In this document: piece by piece, positions 36,213-45,652 of the stretch | Position numbering within the stretch: the stretch's first letter is position 1 | How the letters are laid out: each line of letters starts with the position of its first letter | DNA from: a virus | Lineage: Duplodnaviria > Caudoviricetes | Direction: 5' to 3' (one strand) | Virus record (IMG/VR): IMGVR_UViG_3300032287_001223 | Location: 1 to 52,602 of that record | DNA: 52,602 bases | Notes under the pieces: model-generated | What the model was told of the DNA's origin: nothing | What the model saw: the letters and a program-made list of their open reading frames with translations, nothing else | Databases searched by the model: none | Translations under genes and position numbers: made by a program

Positions 36213-36529
36213 TGCTTGCTCACTTTCTTTGTTTCTCTGTATTCCCACATCCCCACATAGTGAGGGAACATGAGGTCGAACAGTCTCGCTAGGTACGGAC
36301 TATGGTTGTTGTTGATCTTCCACTCTCCGCCAGTCTCAGATACAGCGGAGTGGTGTCTCAACACGTGGATGATGGTTCGCGCAGAGTAGTGCTTGAATCC
36401 TTTGCTACGAACCTTGTTGGCCTCTCCAACAAATGCGTCCCATACATGGAGATTCTCAGGGAGCCATGCAATGAAGTCATCACTGAATAGCTCCTTGTTG
36501 TCGGACATGACTTGAACGATTGGGTGCAT
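36209..36529 (-). CDS. Conserved phage hypothetical protein
   Basis: HYSARTIIHVLRHH...KINNNHSPYLARLF. Confidence 0.7.
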   Translation of the reverse strand: MHPIVQVMSDNKELFSDDFIAWLPENLHVWDAFVGEANKVRSKGFKHYSARTIIHVLRHHSAVSETGGEWKINNNHSPYLARLFDLMFPHYVGMWEYRETKKVSKQ

Positions 36530-36531
36530 GG

Positions 36532-36921
36532 TCAGAAGGGCAGGTCGTCGTCCGCTGGAAATTCTTTTTCCGGCGCAGGCTTTGAGTCACCAGACCTCCT
36601 TGTCCCGCCAGAGATAAGCTCAATCTCCCCGACAGATCCGGCCATCTTTACGCCAGCTCCGCCGTCCTTCTTCTTGAACTCCTCGATGTGAGGGTCATTG
36701 ATTACGGCATATATCAACTGGCCTTTGACTAGGTACTGGGCAAGAGTGGATGCACGTTTGCCCCATAAGCTTGCGTCCAGCCACTGGGTTGGTCGGCTTC
36801 CGTCTTCACCCTTGCGCCCGTGGTTATAGGCTAGAGATAAGTTGCAGACATCCTCTCCGCTAGAGGTTTTGCGGATCTCTGCGTCACGACCAACACGAAA
36901 AACACCTGATAGATTTGCCAT
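36532..36921 (-). CDS. ssb: Single-stranded DNA-binding protein
   Basis: RVGRDAEIR...TQWLDASLWGKRA OB-fold; acidic tail DDDLPF like the bacterial SSB C-terminus. Confidence 0.9.
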   Translation of the reverse strand: MANLSGVFRVGRDAEIRKTSSGEDVCNLSLAYNHGRKGEDGSRPTQWLDASLWGKRASTLAQYLVKGQLIYAVINDPHIEEFKKKDGGAGVKMAGSVGEIELISGGTRRSGDSKPAPEKEFPADDDLPF

Positions 36922-36923
36922 TT

Positions 36924-37544
36924 TTAATCCTTCAATTTGTAAAGAAAAGTTGCATGTGATTCGAGCTTTGGTGGTTGGGATTTCTTTTCTCTTGGTGGCT
37001 CTACTTGGGCTACCACCCAACACCAAAAGTCAGCCAGCCGCAGATGCAGCCAAGCCCAATACTCTGTTGATCTGTCCACTCTTGTGACAGACATTATTTC
37101 CGGTGTCCATACCACGAAGTCGCAGTAGGATCTTCCTGTGATTTGCATCCCGCCTTGGATCTGCGCCATATAGTACGGTGGTATTTCGGGGTAGAGGGTT
37201 TGGGAGTACGGGCATTTAACTTCGCCATACCCCTGATCCCCAACAAGAAAATCGGGTGAACCTCCAAGCCAAGCCATCTTCGGATGGGGTACGAACCCCA
37301 CCAAATCGAGGCGAGTGTCCTTTTCCATGTGCCGATTACGGTACTCCTCAATCGCCGCAGCTTCATTCTGTTCACCCCAATCTGTTGCTGTGTTTCCAAC
37401 GAAAGGTTCTTCCAACCCCATCATCCTGCGCCACAACTGTTGCCGTGATCCAGGCCCGAGTCCGGCTGCTTGACCGAAGGCAGAAGCTGTCAGCTTCCCT
37501 TCTCTGTCCTTATGCCATTGCTCTGTCTTTTGGTTTGGATTCAT
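36924..37544 (-). CDS. YqaJ / lambda-exonuclease family protein
   Basis: QKTEQWHKDREGKLTAS, GGSPDFL, EVKCP, YMAQIQGGM. Confidence 0.9.
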   Translation of the reverse strand: MNPNQKTEQWHKDREGKLTASAFGQAAGLGPGSRQQLWRRMMGLEEPFVGNTATDWGEQNEAAAIEEYRNRHMEKDTRLDLVGFVPHPKMAWLGGSPDFLVGDQGYGEVKCPYSQTLYPEIPPYYMAQIQGGMQITGRSYCDFVVWTPEIMSVTRVDRSTEYWAWLHLRLADFWCWVVAQVEPPREKKSQPPKLESHATFLYKLKD

Positions 37545-38317
37545 TCCAAACTCTCGGCAAGAGCTTTACAAAATTCCTCAGTCACAGCCTTCTCATCCGG
37601 AGACAGAAGGGCAAACTGACCACGAAGAGTATCTTTTGACTTGCACTCGGACAGTCTGCGCTTCAATGCGTCCACCTGTTCGGCTGTCATCTTGGCCTTG
37701 ATCTCAGCCTTGGGTGCGCCAGCTTTAGCGGCTTCTGCCTTGCGGTCATTGACGTACTTGTTGTCGTCAAACAGGCCGAGGTAGATGTCAGCAGAGAATC
37801 CCAGCATTGACAGAGCCTTACCGATAGCATCTGTTAAGGATTTCTTTGGGGCTTCCTCGTCTGTGAAATAGCCGAACTTATTCTTGCCGACAAAGGTTGT
37901 TTGACCGAAGTGCTCCACCTCACCAGTACCGGTGTGGACATCCTGACCCAAGTCGTTCTTTGCGAAGATCGGGTAGCGCAGTTTTATCCTGACGAAGTGG
38001 ACAGACTCGCAGGCCACAGAGTGCTTGTGTGTGATTAACTTAGTTAGCACCCGCTCACCTTTGTCGTCTAACGACCACTCCTCGGTGACATCATCGACGA
38101 TGATCGGTGTGCCGTACATGAGACCCTGCTCAATGATATGCACTCCCCACATACCGCCCATTGGCCCCCACATTTCAGTGGCTTTGCGGAGTTGGTAGGT
38201 GTGATTGATGGCTGTGCCGGAGAAGCCGCCGCCCCTGCTGAACGATTTAACGTGGCGCGGGTCGGTTGTGCATGAGGCGTTCCATACACTCAAAAACTCA
38301 TTGTTTTGGTCTGACAT
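37541..38317 (-). CDS. Rad52/Sak-like single-strand annealing protein
   Basis: AAAGGA RBS before ATG 38317; ATEMWGPMGGMWG...EEAPKKSLTDAIGKALSMLGFSADIYLG; next to the exonuclease and SSB. Confidence 0.8.
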   Translation of the reverse strand: MSDQNNEFLSVWNASCTTDPRHVKSFSRGGGFSGTAINHTYQLRKATEMWGPMGGMWGVHIIEQGLMYGTPIIVDDVTEEWSLDDKGERVLTKLITHKHSVACESVHFVRIKLRYPIFAKNDLGQDVHTGTGEVEHFGQTTFVGKNKFGYFTDEEAPKKSLTDAIGKALSMLGFSADIYLGLFDDNKYVNDRKAEAAKAGAPKAEIKAKMTAEQVDALKRRLSECKSKDTLRGQFALLSPDEKAVTEEFCKALAESLE

Positions 38318-38389
38318 AGTGTTCCTTTGTTGACGCATTGTAAAGAGATTGCAGTTTAAATCCAGCAAATAATGCTGTCTTTCACCACG

Positions 38390-38420
38390 ATTATACAATG
38401 TATTGTAGTTTTCTACAATA
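38390..38420 (-). promoter_or_regulatory. Sigma70 promoter for the recombination operon, overlapped by a palindromic operator
   Basis: Minus strand TTGTAG (38418-38413), 17-nt spacer, TATAAT (38395-38390); palindrome TATTGTAG-TTTT-CTACAATA at 38401-38420. Confidence 0.7.
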
Positions 38421-38594
38421 AAGACCAAGTAAACCACATGGGTATGCTTGCTTTTTATTTTCAGATGCGTGACACTCCTTCCCGCAGGGTAGGTTCTTGG
38501 TCGCTCTAAGAACTGAAAGCACTGGTAGTTTGTTCCTTTCGACCAGTGTTCCCTGCCCCTTCGGGGTATCAAAAGAAAGGTGAGAAAGGATTAA

Positions 38595-39272
38595 ATGTTC
38601 AGCTATCAATTTCATATCAGGGACTACCTGACGAAGACAAGGCATCTCAGCCAAACCGAAGACCTCGCGTACCGCAGGCTGATGGATGTGTACTACACAG
38701 AAGAGAAGCCACTCCCCCTCGAATCAGAAGACTGCGCTCGTTTGATCGCCATGCGCGACCACGCCAAGGACGTTGATCGTGTGTTGCACGAGTTCTTCAC
38801 GAAGGCTGACGATGGCTGGAGGAATGATCGTTGCGACTTCGAGATAGAGAAGTACCACGGCAAGGCTGAGTCTGCGAGACGAGCCAACAAAGCCAAGATC
38901 AGCAAGAAGGAATCTCTGAAATCAGAACTGAAATCAGAACAGATTCCAGAACCGATTCAGGATGCAACCCACAAACCCAAGAACCCAAGAACCCTTAAAC
39001 CCACCTTACCTACGAAGTGGTTCGATTCCTTTTGGTCAGCATACCCACGCAAGGTAGCGAAGGCAGAGGCATTGAAGGCGTTCACAAAGATCAATCCTGA
39101 TGAGACCGTCCTTGCCAAGATGCTTGCATCTGTCAACACATCCAAGCAATCAACCGACTGGCTGAAGGATGGTGGGCAATTCGTTCCGTTCCCCAGTACA
39201 TGGTTGAACCAGCGTAGGTGGGAGGACGAGTCATCAGAACAAGCCAGTGCTCATTTTGAAGGGATGCTATGA
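38595..39272 (+). CDS. Replication initiator, YdaU/DUF1376-type
   Basis: YQFHIRDYLTKTRHLS...AYRRLMDVYY N-terminus; FDSFWSAYPRKVAK...PSTWLNQRRWED C-terminus. Confidence 0.85.
   Translation: MFSYQFHIRDYLTKTRHLSQTEDLAYRRLMDVYYTEEKPLPLESEDCARLIAMRDHAKDVDRVLHEFFTKADDGWRNDRCDFEIEKYHGKAESARRANKAKISKKESLKSELKSEQIPEPIQDATHKPKNPRTLKPTLPTKWFDSFWSAYPRKVAKAEALKAFTKINPDETVLAKMLASVNTSKQSTDWLKDGGQFVPFPSTWLNQRRWEDESSEQASAHFEGML
38913..39004 (+). repeat. Putative replication origin iterons inside the initiator gene
   Basis: TCTCTGAAATCAGAACTGAAATCAGAAC, GATGCAACCC and AACCC repeats in the inter-domain linker, as with lambda ori inside gene O. Confidence 0.6.
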
Positions 39273-39466
39273 AGACGGAAGAACAATTAAAGTTTGAGGC
39301 TGACTTGCTTCGGCTAGAGCAAGAGATGGATGGGATTCAAAGATGCCTTGATAACGTCCGTAGCGAGGTCATTGAAGAGGTGGCGCAGCACGTTGAGAAG
39401 CTGAAGGGCTTTGGTCAAGACACCGTGAGTTCACTGGCAATCTACATCAGGGAGATGAAGCAATAA
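39269..39466 (+). CDS. Hypothetical protein
   Basis: RSEVIEEVAQHVEKLKGFGQDTVSSLAIYIREMK; coupled at both ends. Confidence 0.65.
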   Translation: MKTEEQLKFEADLLRLEQEMDGIQRCLDNVRSEVIEEVAQHVEKLKGFGQDTVSSLAIYIREMKQ

Positions 39467-40011
39467 TGGGAACAATTGAATCATGGTTTCCAACTACGGT
39501 TTACTACGAGCTGGCTGACCAAAACACAAAAGACAAGATTGATTCCGAGTACCGAAAGCATGAAGCCAAAGTGATCGAATCATTATCCACCTTTACGTGG
39601 GATGACAACATTGAAACAACCTTTAAAACTCCCGACCTGATTCAAAGGTACGAGTTAAAGGCGCTTCACGATTTCATAATGAGATGCGCGGAAGAGTACA
39701 CCGGTTGTTCGGGACTGGAGATTTATGATAGTTGGGCGAATTACTCTAGAAGAAACAATTTTCAAAGAGTTCATAACCACGACCCAAAAGTTATAAGCGG
39801 CACTTACTACATCCAAACAAGCGGGGACGATGGTGATTTTGTGTTGCGCCATGTGATGCCAGTGATAAACGATGGACAGATTAACTACAAGCCGGAAGTT
39901 GGGAAAATTCTGTTGTTTCCAGGATGGGCGCAGCACTCTGTCAATGTAAATAAGACTGACTCTGTGAGGATCTCTATAGCTTTTAATATAAGGGAGGACA
40001 GTTTGAAATGA
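39466..40011 (+). CDS. Putative 2OG-Fe(II) oxygenase (TIGR02466-like)
   Basis: WFPTTVY, SWAN...HNH...SGTYY...LLFPGWAQHSV...RISIAFN. Confidence 0.85.
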   Translation: MGTIESWFPTTVYYELADQNTKDKIDSEYRKHEAKVIESLSTFTWDDNIETTFKTPDLIQRYELKALHDFIMRCAEEYTGCSGLEIYDSWANYSRRNNFQRVHNHDPKVISGTYYIQTSGDDGDFVLRHVMPVINDGQINYKPEVGKILLFPGWAQHSVNVNKTDSVRISIAFNIREDSLK

Positions 40012-40553
40012 AGCATGTGACCGCAAGCGGAAAAAAAATAAGGGTATGGGACGGCTTAGTACCAAGATCTTTGCAGTTAATCTTTCACCAATTTGCGCTT
40101 AATTCAAAATACACAATTGGTTGGAGTGATAGTTGCACGGAAACTGCCGCTAGACACGAGTATCTTAATTGTTCGCTCACCGAAGAGGAAGCAACCCAAG
40201 CTGGAATTTTTCCTTTAATTAACAGCTTGCCAGTAAAAAAACATTTAGAAGGGTATGAATTTTTCCGCTCCGTCATCAATCTTACAACGCCAAATGACGT
40301 GCATTTTTTTCATACTCACCACCCAAGTGAAATTGTTTTGCTGTATTACGTTAATGCAATATGGCAAAGCCATTGGTATGGCGAAACTGTATTCGCCGAT
40401 GAAAATTCAGAGGAGATTGAGTTTACTGTTCGATACAAGTCTGGCCGACTTGTTTTGTTTGATGGCTCTATTCCTCACGCGATCAGGCCGCAATCCAGTG
40501 AAGGCGACAAATATCGCTTTACATACGCAATGTGTTTTTTAAAGAAGGGGTGA
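40008..40553 (+). CDS. 2OG-Fe(II) oxygenase (prolyl-hydroxylase-like)
   Basis: HTH, LLYYVN..W...WYGETVF, GRLVLFDGSIPH, R. Confidence 0.8.
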   Translation: MKHVTASGKKIRVWDGLVPRSLQLIFHQFALNSKYTIGWSDSCTETAARHEYLNCSLTEEEATQAGIFPLINSLPVKKHLEGYEFFRSVINLTTPNDVHFFHTHHPSEIVLLYYVNAIWQSHWYGETVFADENSEEIEFTVRYKSGRLVLFDGSIPHAIRPQSSEGDKYRFTYAMCFLKKG

Positions 40554-40557
40554 CAGT

Positions 40558-41022
40558 ATGAAGCCATTACCTGATGGAGCAGACAGAATTTGGGAATCAA
40601 GGATGCTTGGCTTCAAGCCAAACGAAATGGTTCTTGTGTCATTGGTTGGAGATCTTGTTGATGGCAACTGGCAGATCTTTCTGTCGTCATCTGTCCACCC
40701 CAGAGATTATGAATGGCGATGGGTTCGTGACCTTCAGATATGTTTGGTCTACGACAGCACCTGTAGTCAGGAGCGAATTAAGGATACCGCCCTTGCGATT
40801 GCTGAGAATAAATCTGTTGGCGAGGATTCCATCAGCGATGGATTTCATGGATCACTATTTCTGTGGAACGTGAGTGTCGAGAAAGGCGCACACATGAAGC
40901 ACACACCTGAGATATATGGCGACCCATACTTATCTCTTCCATCCCACTCTGAGGAAATCAAGTACAGGGGTTTGTACCCATACGAGATACCGTTCTTTCA
41001 AGGAATAAAAAATGTCATCTAA
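40558..41022 (+). CDS. Hypothetical protein
   Basis: 154 aa, overlapping the helicase start. Confidence 0.6.
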   Translation: MKPLPDGADRIWESRMLGFKPNEMVLVSLVGDLVDGNWQIFLSSSVHPRDYEWRWVRDLQICLVYDSTCSQERIKDTALAIAENKSVGEDSISDGFHGSLFLWNVSVEKGAHMKHTPEIYGDPYLSLPSHSEEIKYRGLYPYEIPFFQGIKNVI

Positions 41023-41959
41023 CATGATCTTCTCGGCTGACAGCATTGACTTTGCTGAGTACGCTAGCGAGCCACACGACAAGGACAAGATCTCTGAGCC
41101 AAAGGCATACAGAGACGAGACCATTGAACTACTGAATGGTGGGGAGATGGTTAAGGGAGCTACTCTTCCTTGGGTCAAGACGCATGACCACATCAGGTTC
41201 AGGGCTGGCGAGGTGAGCCTGTGGATGGGCATCAATGGTCACGGCAAATCCTTGCTGACCAGCCATGTCATGCTGGACTTCTTGCATCAGAATCAAAAGG
41301 TTTGTATCGCAAGCTTCGAGATGAAGCCAAGAGCCACGCTTGCTCGTATGTGTAAGCAGGCGGCTGGCGCTCCTCAACCAACGAATAGATTTGTGGATGC
41401 GGTAATCAACCATGCGACAGGAAGACTTTGGCTGTATGACAAGATGGGACAGACAGATCCCTCACATCTGTTGGCAATCATGAGGTACGCAGCAAAGAAG
41501 CTTGGCATCCAACACTTCGTAGTTGACTCGCTCATGAAGGTTGTCAAAGGCGAGGACGACTACAACGGTCAGAAGAACTTCGTTGACAGCGTGTGTGCAT
41601 TTGCTTTGGACTACAACGTCCATGTCCACATCATCCACCACAGCCGCAAGCTTGGCGATGAGATGCAGATACCAAACAAGATGGACGCAAAGGGCAGTGG
41701 CGCAATCGTAGATCAGGTGGATCAGTGCTTTACTGTGTGGAGAAACAAACGCAAGGAACAGCAGGTTCAGGCTGGCAAAGAGGTGGACGAGGGTATGCCT
41801 GATGCAATCTTGGTGTGCGATAAGAATCGACACGGAGATTGGGAGGGCAAGGTTGGTTTGTTCTACAGGGCTGGCGCTTGCTCATACTCTCAGTCACCCA
41901 GCCATCCGACTTATTACAGGTACGACAGATACATGCAGGAAGAGGGAGTAGCAATATGA
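41012..41959 (+). CDS. DnaB/gp4-like SF4 replicative helicase (no primase domain)
   Basis: Walker A GINGHGKS, ASFEM, FVVDSL, HHSRK, KGSGAI, KNRHG. Confidence 0.85.
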   Translation: MSSNMIFSADSIDFAEYASEPHDKDKISEPKAYRDETIELLNGGEMVKGATLPWVKTHDHIRFRAGEVSLWMGINGHGKSLLTSHVMLDFLHQNQKVCIASFEMKPRATLARMCKQAAGAPQPTNRFVDAVINHATGRLWLYDKMGQTDPSHLLAIMRYAAKKLGIQHFVVDSLMKVVKGEDDYNGQKNFVDSVCAFALDYNVHVHIIHHSRKLGDEMQIPNKMDAKGSGAIVDQVDQCFTVWRNKRKEQQVQAGKEVDEGMPDAILVCDKNRHGDWEGKVGLFYRAGACSYSQSPSHPTYYRYDRYMQEEGVAI

Positions 41960-42276
41960 CTAGACCAGTAGAAGACTTACTCATGGAGCTTGAGTCAGCC
42001 CATATGATGCTCGATGCCTATAAGCAGGCTGTCCACCAGCTTTCGTTTGATCTTGAGATGACCAAAGAGAACCCAAACAAGGTTGCAAATGTTGCCGCAA
42101 TAAGAAAGATCGCTCTTAGTCAGGCCGCAGATTTTGTTATGGACTGGGGGACTCCAAAGTCTGGGGAGGATCTTGTTAAGTTGTGCGAACAGATAAGGTC
42201 TCTTCACGAAACAAAGGCAGCCGTTGTAGCGAGAGGATTGGCTGCCATAGGAATTCAATACGGAGATAAACCATGA
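41956..42276 (+). CDS. Hypothetical protein
   Basis: GGAG RBS, ATG 41956, ATGA-coupled. Confidence 0.6.
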   Translation: MTRPVEDLLMELESAHMMLDAYKQAVHQLSFDLEMTKENPNKVANVAAIRKIALSQAADFVMDWGTPKSGEDLVKLCEQIRSLHETKAAVVARGLAAIGIQYGDKP

Positions 42277-42536
42277 AAGATGTTGCCGACATCAAAGACC
42301 AGATCCGAGAGGAGCAAAAGAAAAAGAACAGAGAACAGATGCCAGAGATAGCCAAGTTGATGGATCAGGTTAACGCCAGGTTCCCTGGATCAAAGCTTAT
42401 CTGGGCGAAAGATTTAACGACAGGCAAAGAGATTGGAAAGAAGACGGAAGAGAAGAATCTGTTCCAAATCCCAGCAAACTACAGTGTACAGGCGGAGGTG
42501 AAGAATGTACGAAAAGGCAGAAGCAAGACTCGCTGA
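42273..42536 (+). CDS. Hypothetical protein
   Basis: NREQMPEIAKLMDQVNARFP; GGAG RBS. Confidence 0.6.
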   Translation: MKDVADIKDQIREEQKKKNREQMPEIAKLMDQVNARFPGSKLIWAKDLTTGKEIGKKTEEKNLFQIPANYSVQAEVKNVRKGRSKTR

Positions 42537-42843
42537 GATGCGGGATAAGGCGGGTCTGTTCTCAGAGGCTCAGGCGAAAAGGAACTACCTTGAGAAGTAC
42601 CGAGAGTCGTTGCTTGCAATCCTCATGAAAGAGTATGAGCTTCAAGGATTCAAGACAGCCGCTGCTCAGGACAGAGAAGCAAGGGCTGATGCGAAGTATC
42701 TTCAGATGTTGATTGACCTTCGCACGGCAACAGAGATTTCAGAGAAGCTTAAATGGGAGTTGGAGATCTTGAGGCTGGGAGTTGCAGTGTGGCAGACAAC
42801 ACAGGCGAACGAGCGCATAGAGCGCAAAGGCTATGGGGCATGA
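42505..42843 (+). CDS. Coiled-coil phage protein
   Basis: GGAGG RBS; AAQDREARADAKY motif. Confidence 0.65.
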   Translation: MYEKAEARLAEMRDKAGLFSEAQAKRNYLEKYRESLLAILMKEYELQGFKTAAAQDREARADAKYLQMLIDLRTATEISEKLKWELEILRLGVAVWQTTQANERIERKGYGA

Positions 42844-43181
42844 AGGTAATCCCGCCGTACCTTACTTTTAAACAAGCCCTGACCAATGGATATGTGGAGC
42901 GCATGGAGTCTCCAGCCTACACAAAGTGGGTGAAGACGCTTAGGTGCGTGAGTTGCAACACACCGGCAGACGACCCACATCATCCGCACGGGGCTGGGTT
43001 CAAGGGCATGGGTACGAAGGTTCCTGACTGGTGGGCCATCCCAATCTGTCGGCCTTGCCATGATGAGCTGCATCATGATGTCCATGCGTGGGAGGATGTC
43101 AACGGATCACAGTTAGAACACGCCGCCTTGACTCTGTTGCAGGCAATAAGAGAAGGGGTGCTTCATCTTGGAAAAGAGTAG
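42840..43181 (+). CDS. DUF968-like (HNH-related) protein
   Basis: YTKWVKTLRCVSC...DDPHH...GMGTK...IPICRPCHDELH. Confidence 0.8.
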   Translation: MKVIPPYLTFKQALTNGYVERMESPAYTKWVKTLRCVSCNTPADDPHHPHGAGFKGMGTKVPDWWAIPICRPCHDELHHDVHAWEDVNGSQLEHAALTLLQAIREGVLHLGKE

Positions 43182-43692
43182 AACAGTACGGAAGTGTCAG
43201 TCGGATAGTTGTGAACAGCCATCGGGTTTTTATGGATACTGCCTCGGACACGAGCCTGAGTTTGTTGCGAAAGAGTTCGACAGATTGGTTGCTACGGGAG
43301 TAGCAAAGCAAGACAAGCCGACTTGTTACGAGAGCCAGCGTAAGTGGTCTGAGTACGTTGTTGCATTCGTGCATAGCAGTGCGCCCGACCGCAGGGCAAC
43401 GGTAACAATCGAACACTGCAAAGACTGCACCCCAATCTACAGAGACGAACAGTATGGGCTTGGTAGGTGCGAGCATCCTGAGACTGTGTTCGTCAAACCC
43501 GATACCAGCAACGGCGGTCTTGTTGGGATACCACTGAAGAACGTCAGAGACTCACGGAGATGGGAGCAGGCAATGATGGGTATGCTTGGTCAGGTCGTAT
43601 CTCTCCCAAGCACGAAGGCTATGGAGGAGATCATGAACAAGATCGAGGCATCCAAGAAGAAGGTTGGCAGGCCGAAGAAAGAACAGACATGA
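43168..43692 (+). CDS. Cys-rich hypothetical protein
   Basis: CQSDSC...CLGH, PTCY, CKDC, RCEHP; C-terminal GRPKK. Confidence 0.6.
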   Translation: MEKSRTVRKCQSDSCEQPSGFYGYCLGHEPEFVAKEFDRLVATGVAKQDKPTCYESQRKWSEYVVAFVHSSAPDRRATVTIEHCKDCTPIYRDEQYGLGRCEHPETVFVKPDTSNGGLVGIPLKNVRDSRRWEQAMMGMLGQVVSLPSTKAMEEIMNKIEASKKKVGRPKKEQT

Positions 43693-44084
43693 TCTTGCCG
43701 TACCCGATCAGCACGAACGTGTACTGGAGAAACTTTCGTGGGCGCATGGTCAGGAGCAGTGCCGCTATCGCGTACAAGGACGAGGTGGGCTGGATAGCCA
43801 AGGCCAATAAGTTGCAACTGTTCACTGTCCCAGTGGCGGTGGTGTTGGTGCTTCACCCTCTGAGGCCAGCGGATGCGGAGAAGCGAGAGAAGAAAGACAG
43901 GTTGTGGGGATTGGGTGTGCGGAGAATAGATATAGATAACGCACAGAAGGTAGCGTTAGATGCGCTACAGGGGATAGCCTATGAGAATGACAGGCAGATA
44001 ACATCCTTGTGGATTAAACTTGGACAGCCAATTAAAGATGGCGGTCTCCATGTAACGATCACCGAAGACAAGGATTGGATATGA
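43689..44084 (+). CDS. rusA: RusA-like Holliday junction resolvase
   Basis: LPYPISTNVYWR...DIDNAQKVALDALQGIAYENDRQI. Confidence 0.85.
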   Translation: MILPYPISTNVYWRNFRGRMVRSSAAIAYKDEVGWIAKANKLQLFTVPVAVVLVLHPLRPADAEKREKKDRLWGLGVRRIDIDNAQKVALDALQGIAYENDRQITSLWIKLGQPIKDGGLHVTITEDKDWI

Positions 44085-44575
44085 GATTTCACAGTGTCGA
44101 GCAGGCGATTAAGTTCTCGTTTAATGTCAGCGAGAGGCAGGAGTTCAGCCGAACAGATTTGCTTGGCACGAGAGGCACGAGTCAGGATGACTTGTCGCCT
44201 ATGGACTTACACGCACAAGCAGCGATGATCCAGTCTATGGTGGGCAGGCTTCATCAGGTGGAGAGAGATTCGATTCTGTCGATGTATGGGAGGGGTCGGA
44301 TTAGGTCTAATGCGATACGTGGGTTCGCAGGATATTTGCACCATCATGTAAGCGGTACTGTACCTAGTGTCCGTGAGTTGCAGATCATTCTCATGCACTG
44401 GTCAACCAAGAGACCAAGCATACGGAAGATTGCAGAGGAGAGGGGTGTGAGTTACAGGCAAGTCTGCAACTGGCGCAACGCTGTTCTTCGTGCTTGGATG
44501 CCAGTGCAGGTACGAGCCATTGAGAGATTACATGAACAGATGTTTACCGATGGCGGCTTCGAGCTTGCCGCTTAA
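44081..44575 (+). CDS. Antiterminator Q-like / late regulator with C-terminal HTH
   Basis: Last gene of a nin-like block; SIRKIAEERGVSYRQVCNW HTH. Confidence 0.55.
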   Translation: MRFHSVEQAIKFSFNVSERQEFSRTDLLGTRGTSQDDLSPMDLHAQAAMIQSMVGRLHQVERDSILSMYGRGRIRSNAIRGFAGYLHHHVSGTVPSVRELQIILMHWSTKRPSIRKIAEERGVSYRQVCNWRNAVLRAWMPVQVRAIERLHEQMFTDGGFELAA

Positions 44576-44742
44576 TCGCAGTGGGACAAGCCATCGTAGA
44601 AGCCATACTCCACAGCCTTAGATGCGATAGCCTTAACGACTGACTCGTACTCAGCCCTCGTCATTACGACCATAGCCATGTCTTTGCTTGGGCGAAACTC
44701 TTCGCAGACTTTTGCGATGGACAGATCTGTATCTTCATTCAT
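44572..44742 (-). CDS. 56-aa hypothetical protein (not in the ORF track)
   Basis: MNEDTDLSIAKVCEE...; AGGAG RBS, ATGA-coupled. Confidence 0.55.
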   Translation of the reverse strand: MNEDTDLSIAKVCEEFRPSKDMAMVVMTRAEYESVVKAIASKAVEYGFYDGLSHCD

Positions 44743-45167
44743 GCTTGGACTCCTTTTCTGTATGTGAATGAGTTGTGTGATCGTGATGGTAATTCGTAGG
44801 CATCGTATGCCCCACGCCGCAGACAGGTATCACGAAGTTCTTCTCCGCCATAGCTACCCCTCTCAAACAGATTGTTCTGTTGTGCCATCACGGTTTTGCG
44901 TGGCATCTTGTATAGCTTGTCGGCATTGCCGAGTTCTATCTTTGCGTCCAGTCCCTTGTTGGTCAGACCCCATATCTTGTTGTCTGTCGCAAGGAGAATC
45001 ATGCCAGCCGGAAGAAGTTCTTGGAACAGAACATTCTCTATGTCTACCAGTGACTTACCAGCCAGTGCGCCAGTCTTCTTCATACTCTCGACTGTCATCT
45101 CTCCGTTAGTTGCGAGCAATGACAGGATGCGATGAGCAATACTACCAACCTTGATTGTTATTTCCAT
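44739..45167 (-). CDS. Hypothetical protein, possibly winged-helix
   Basis: AAAGGA RBS at ATG 45167; C-terminal YGGEEL...RRGAYDAYELPSR. Confidence 0.6.
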   Translation of the reverse strand: MEITIKVGSIAHRILSLLATNGEMTVESMKKTGALAGKSLVDIENVLFQELLPAGMILLATDNKIWGLTNKGLDAKIELGNADKLYKMPRKTVMAQQNNLFERGSYGGEELRDTCLRRGAYDAYELPSRSHNSFTYRKGVQA

Positions 45168-45327
45168 TTTGATTTCCTTTGCAGTTATGGGATGTGGCTT
45201 CTTCCCTGCCGAGCCACACGTTCTTACACCTGGGGCAGAACCAAGCAACAGATTCGACGACGACTGTCCTCTTGTCTATGTGCAATCCACACACTCGTCC
45301 ATAGAATGTGCGAATCATTTCTATCAT
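45142..45327 (-). CDS. Small Zn-finger-like protein
   Basis: AGGAG RBS; CPRC...H.C. Confidence 0.55.
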   Translation of the reverse strand: MIEMIRTFYGRVCGLHIDKRTVVVESVAWFCPRCKNVWLGREEATSHNCKGNQNGNNNQGW

Positions 45328-45339
45328 TTGATTTTCTCC

Positions 45340-45576
45340 TTAGCAAGCATCTAAAAAAGTTCCATCGTTATCCAATAGCACGAATCGAATCGTCCCCTTG
45401 CCACCCATCATGTCGGCGGTTATGGATATAGCTCCCAGCGTATCAGCCAAGTCACCACCCACCTCATACAGGCTTCGGTATTCGGTTTCTAAGCCACCGA
45501 TCTCACGCAGTCCACCCATCTTTTTTGCCTCAGTAAACGATGAGTATTGATCTGTTCTCCAAAAACATAAATTCAT
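45340..45576 (-). CDS. Hypothetical protein
   Basis: AAGGA RBS before ATG 45576; the alternative start at 45672 also has an RBS. Confidence 0.5.
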   Translation of the reverse strand: MNLCFWRTDQYSSFTEAKKMGGLREIGGLETEYRSLYEVGGDLADTLGAISITADMMGGKGTIRFVLLDNDGTFLDAC

Positions 45577-45652
45577 TTTGTTTTTTCCTTTCAGGTTTGG
45601 GATTGGTTGTGCATCCAACATATCTCGACACGCAATGATGGATGTAATGTCA

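Noticed and set aside
37541-38572. 343-aa version of the annealing protein
   Set aside because: The extension runs through the promoter/operator region; ATG 38317 has the RBS.
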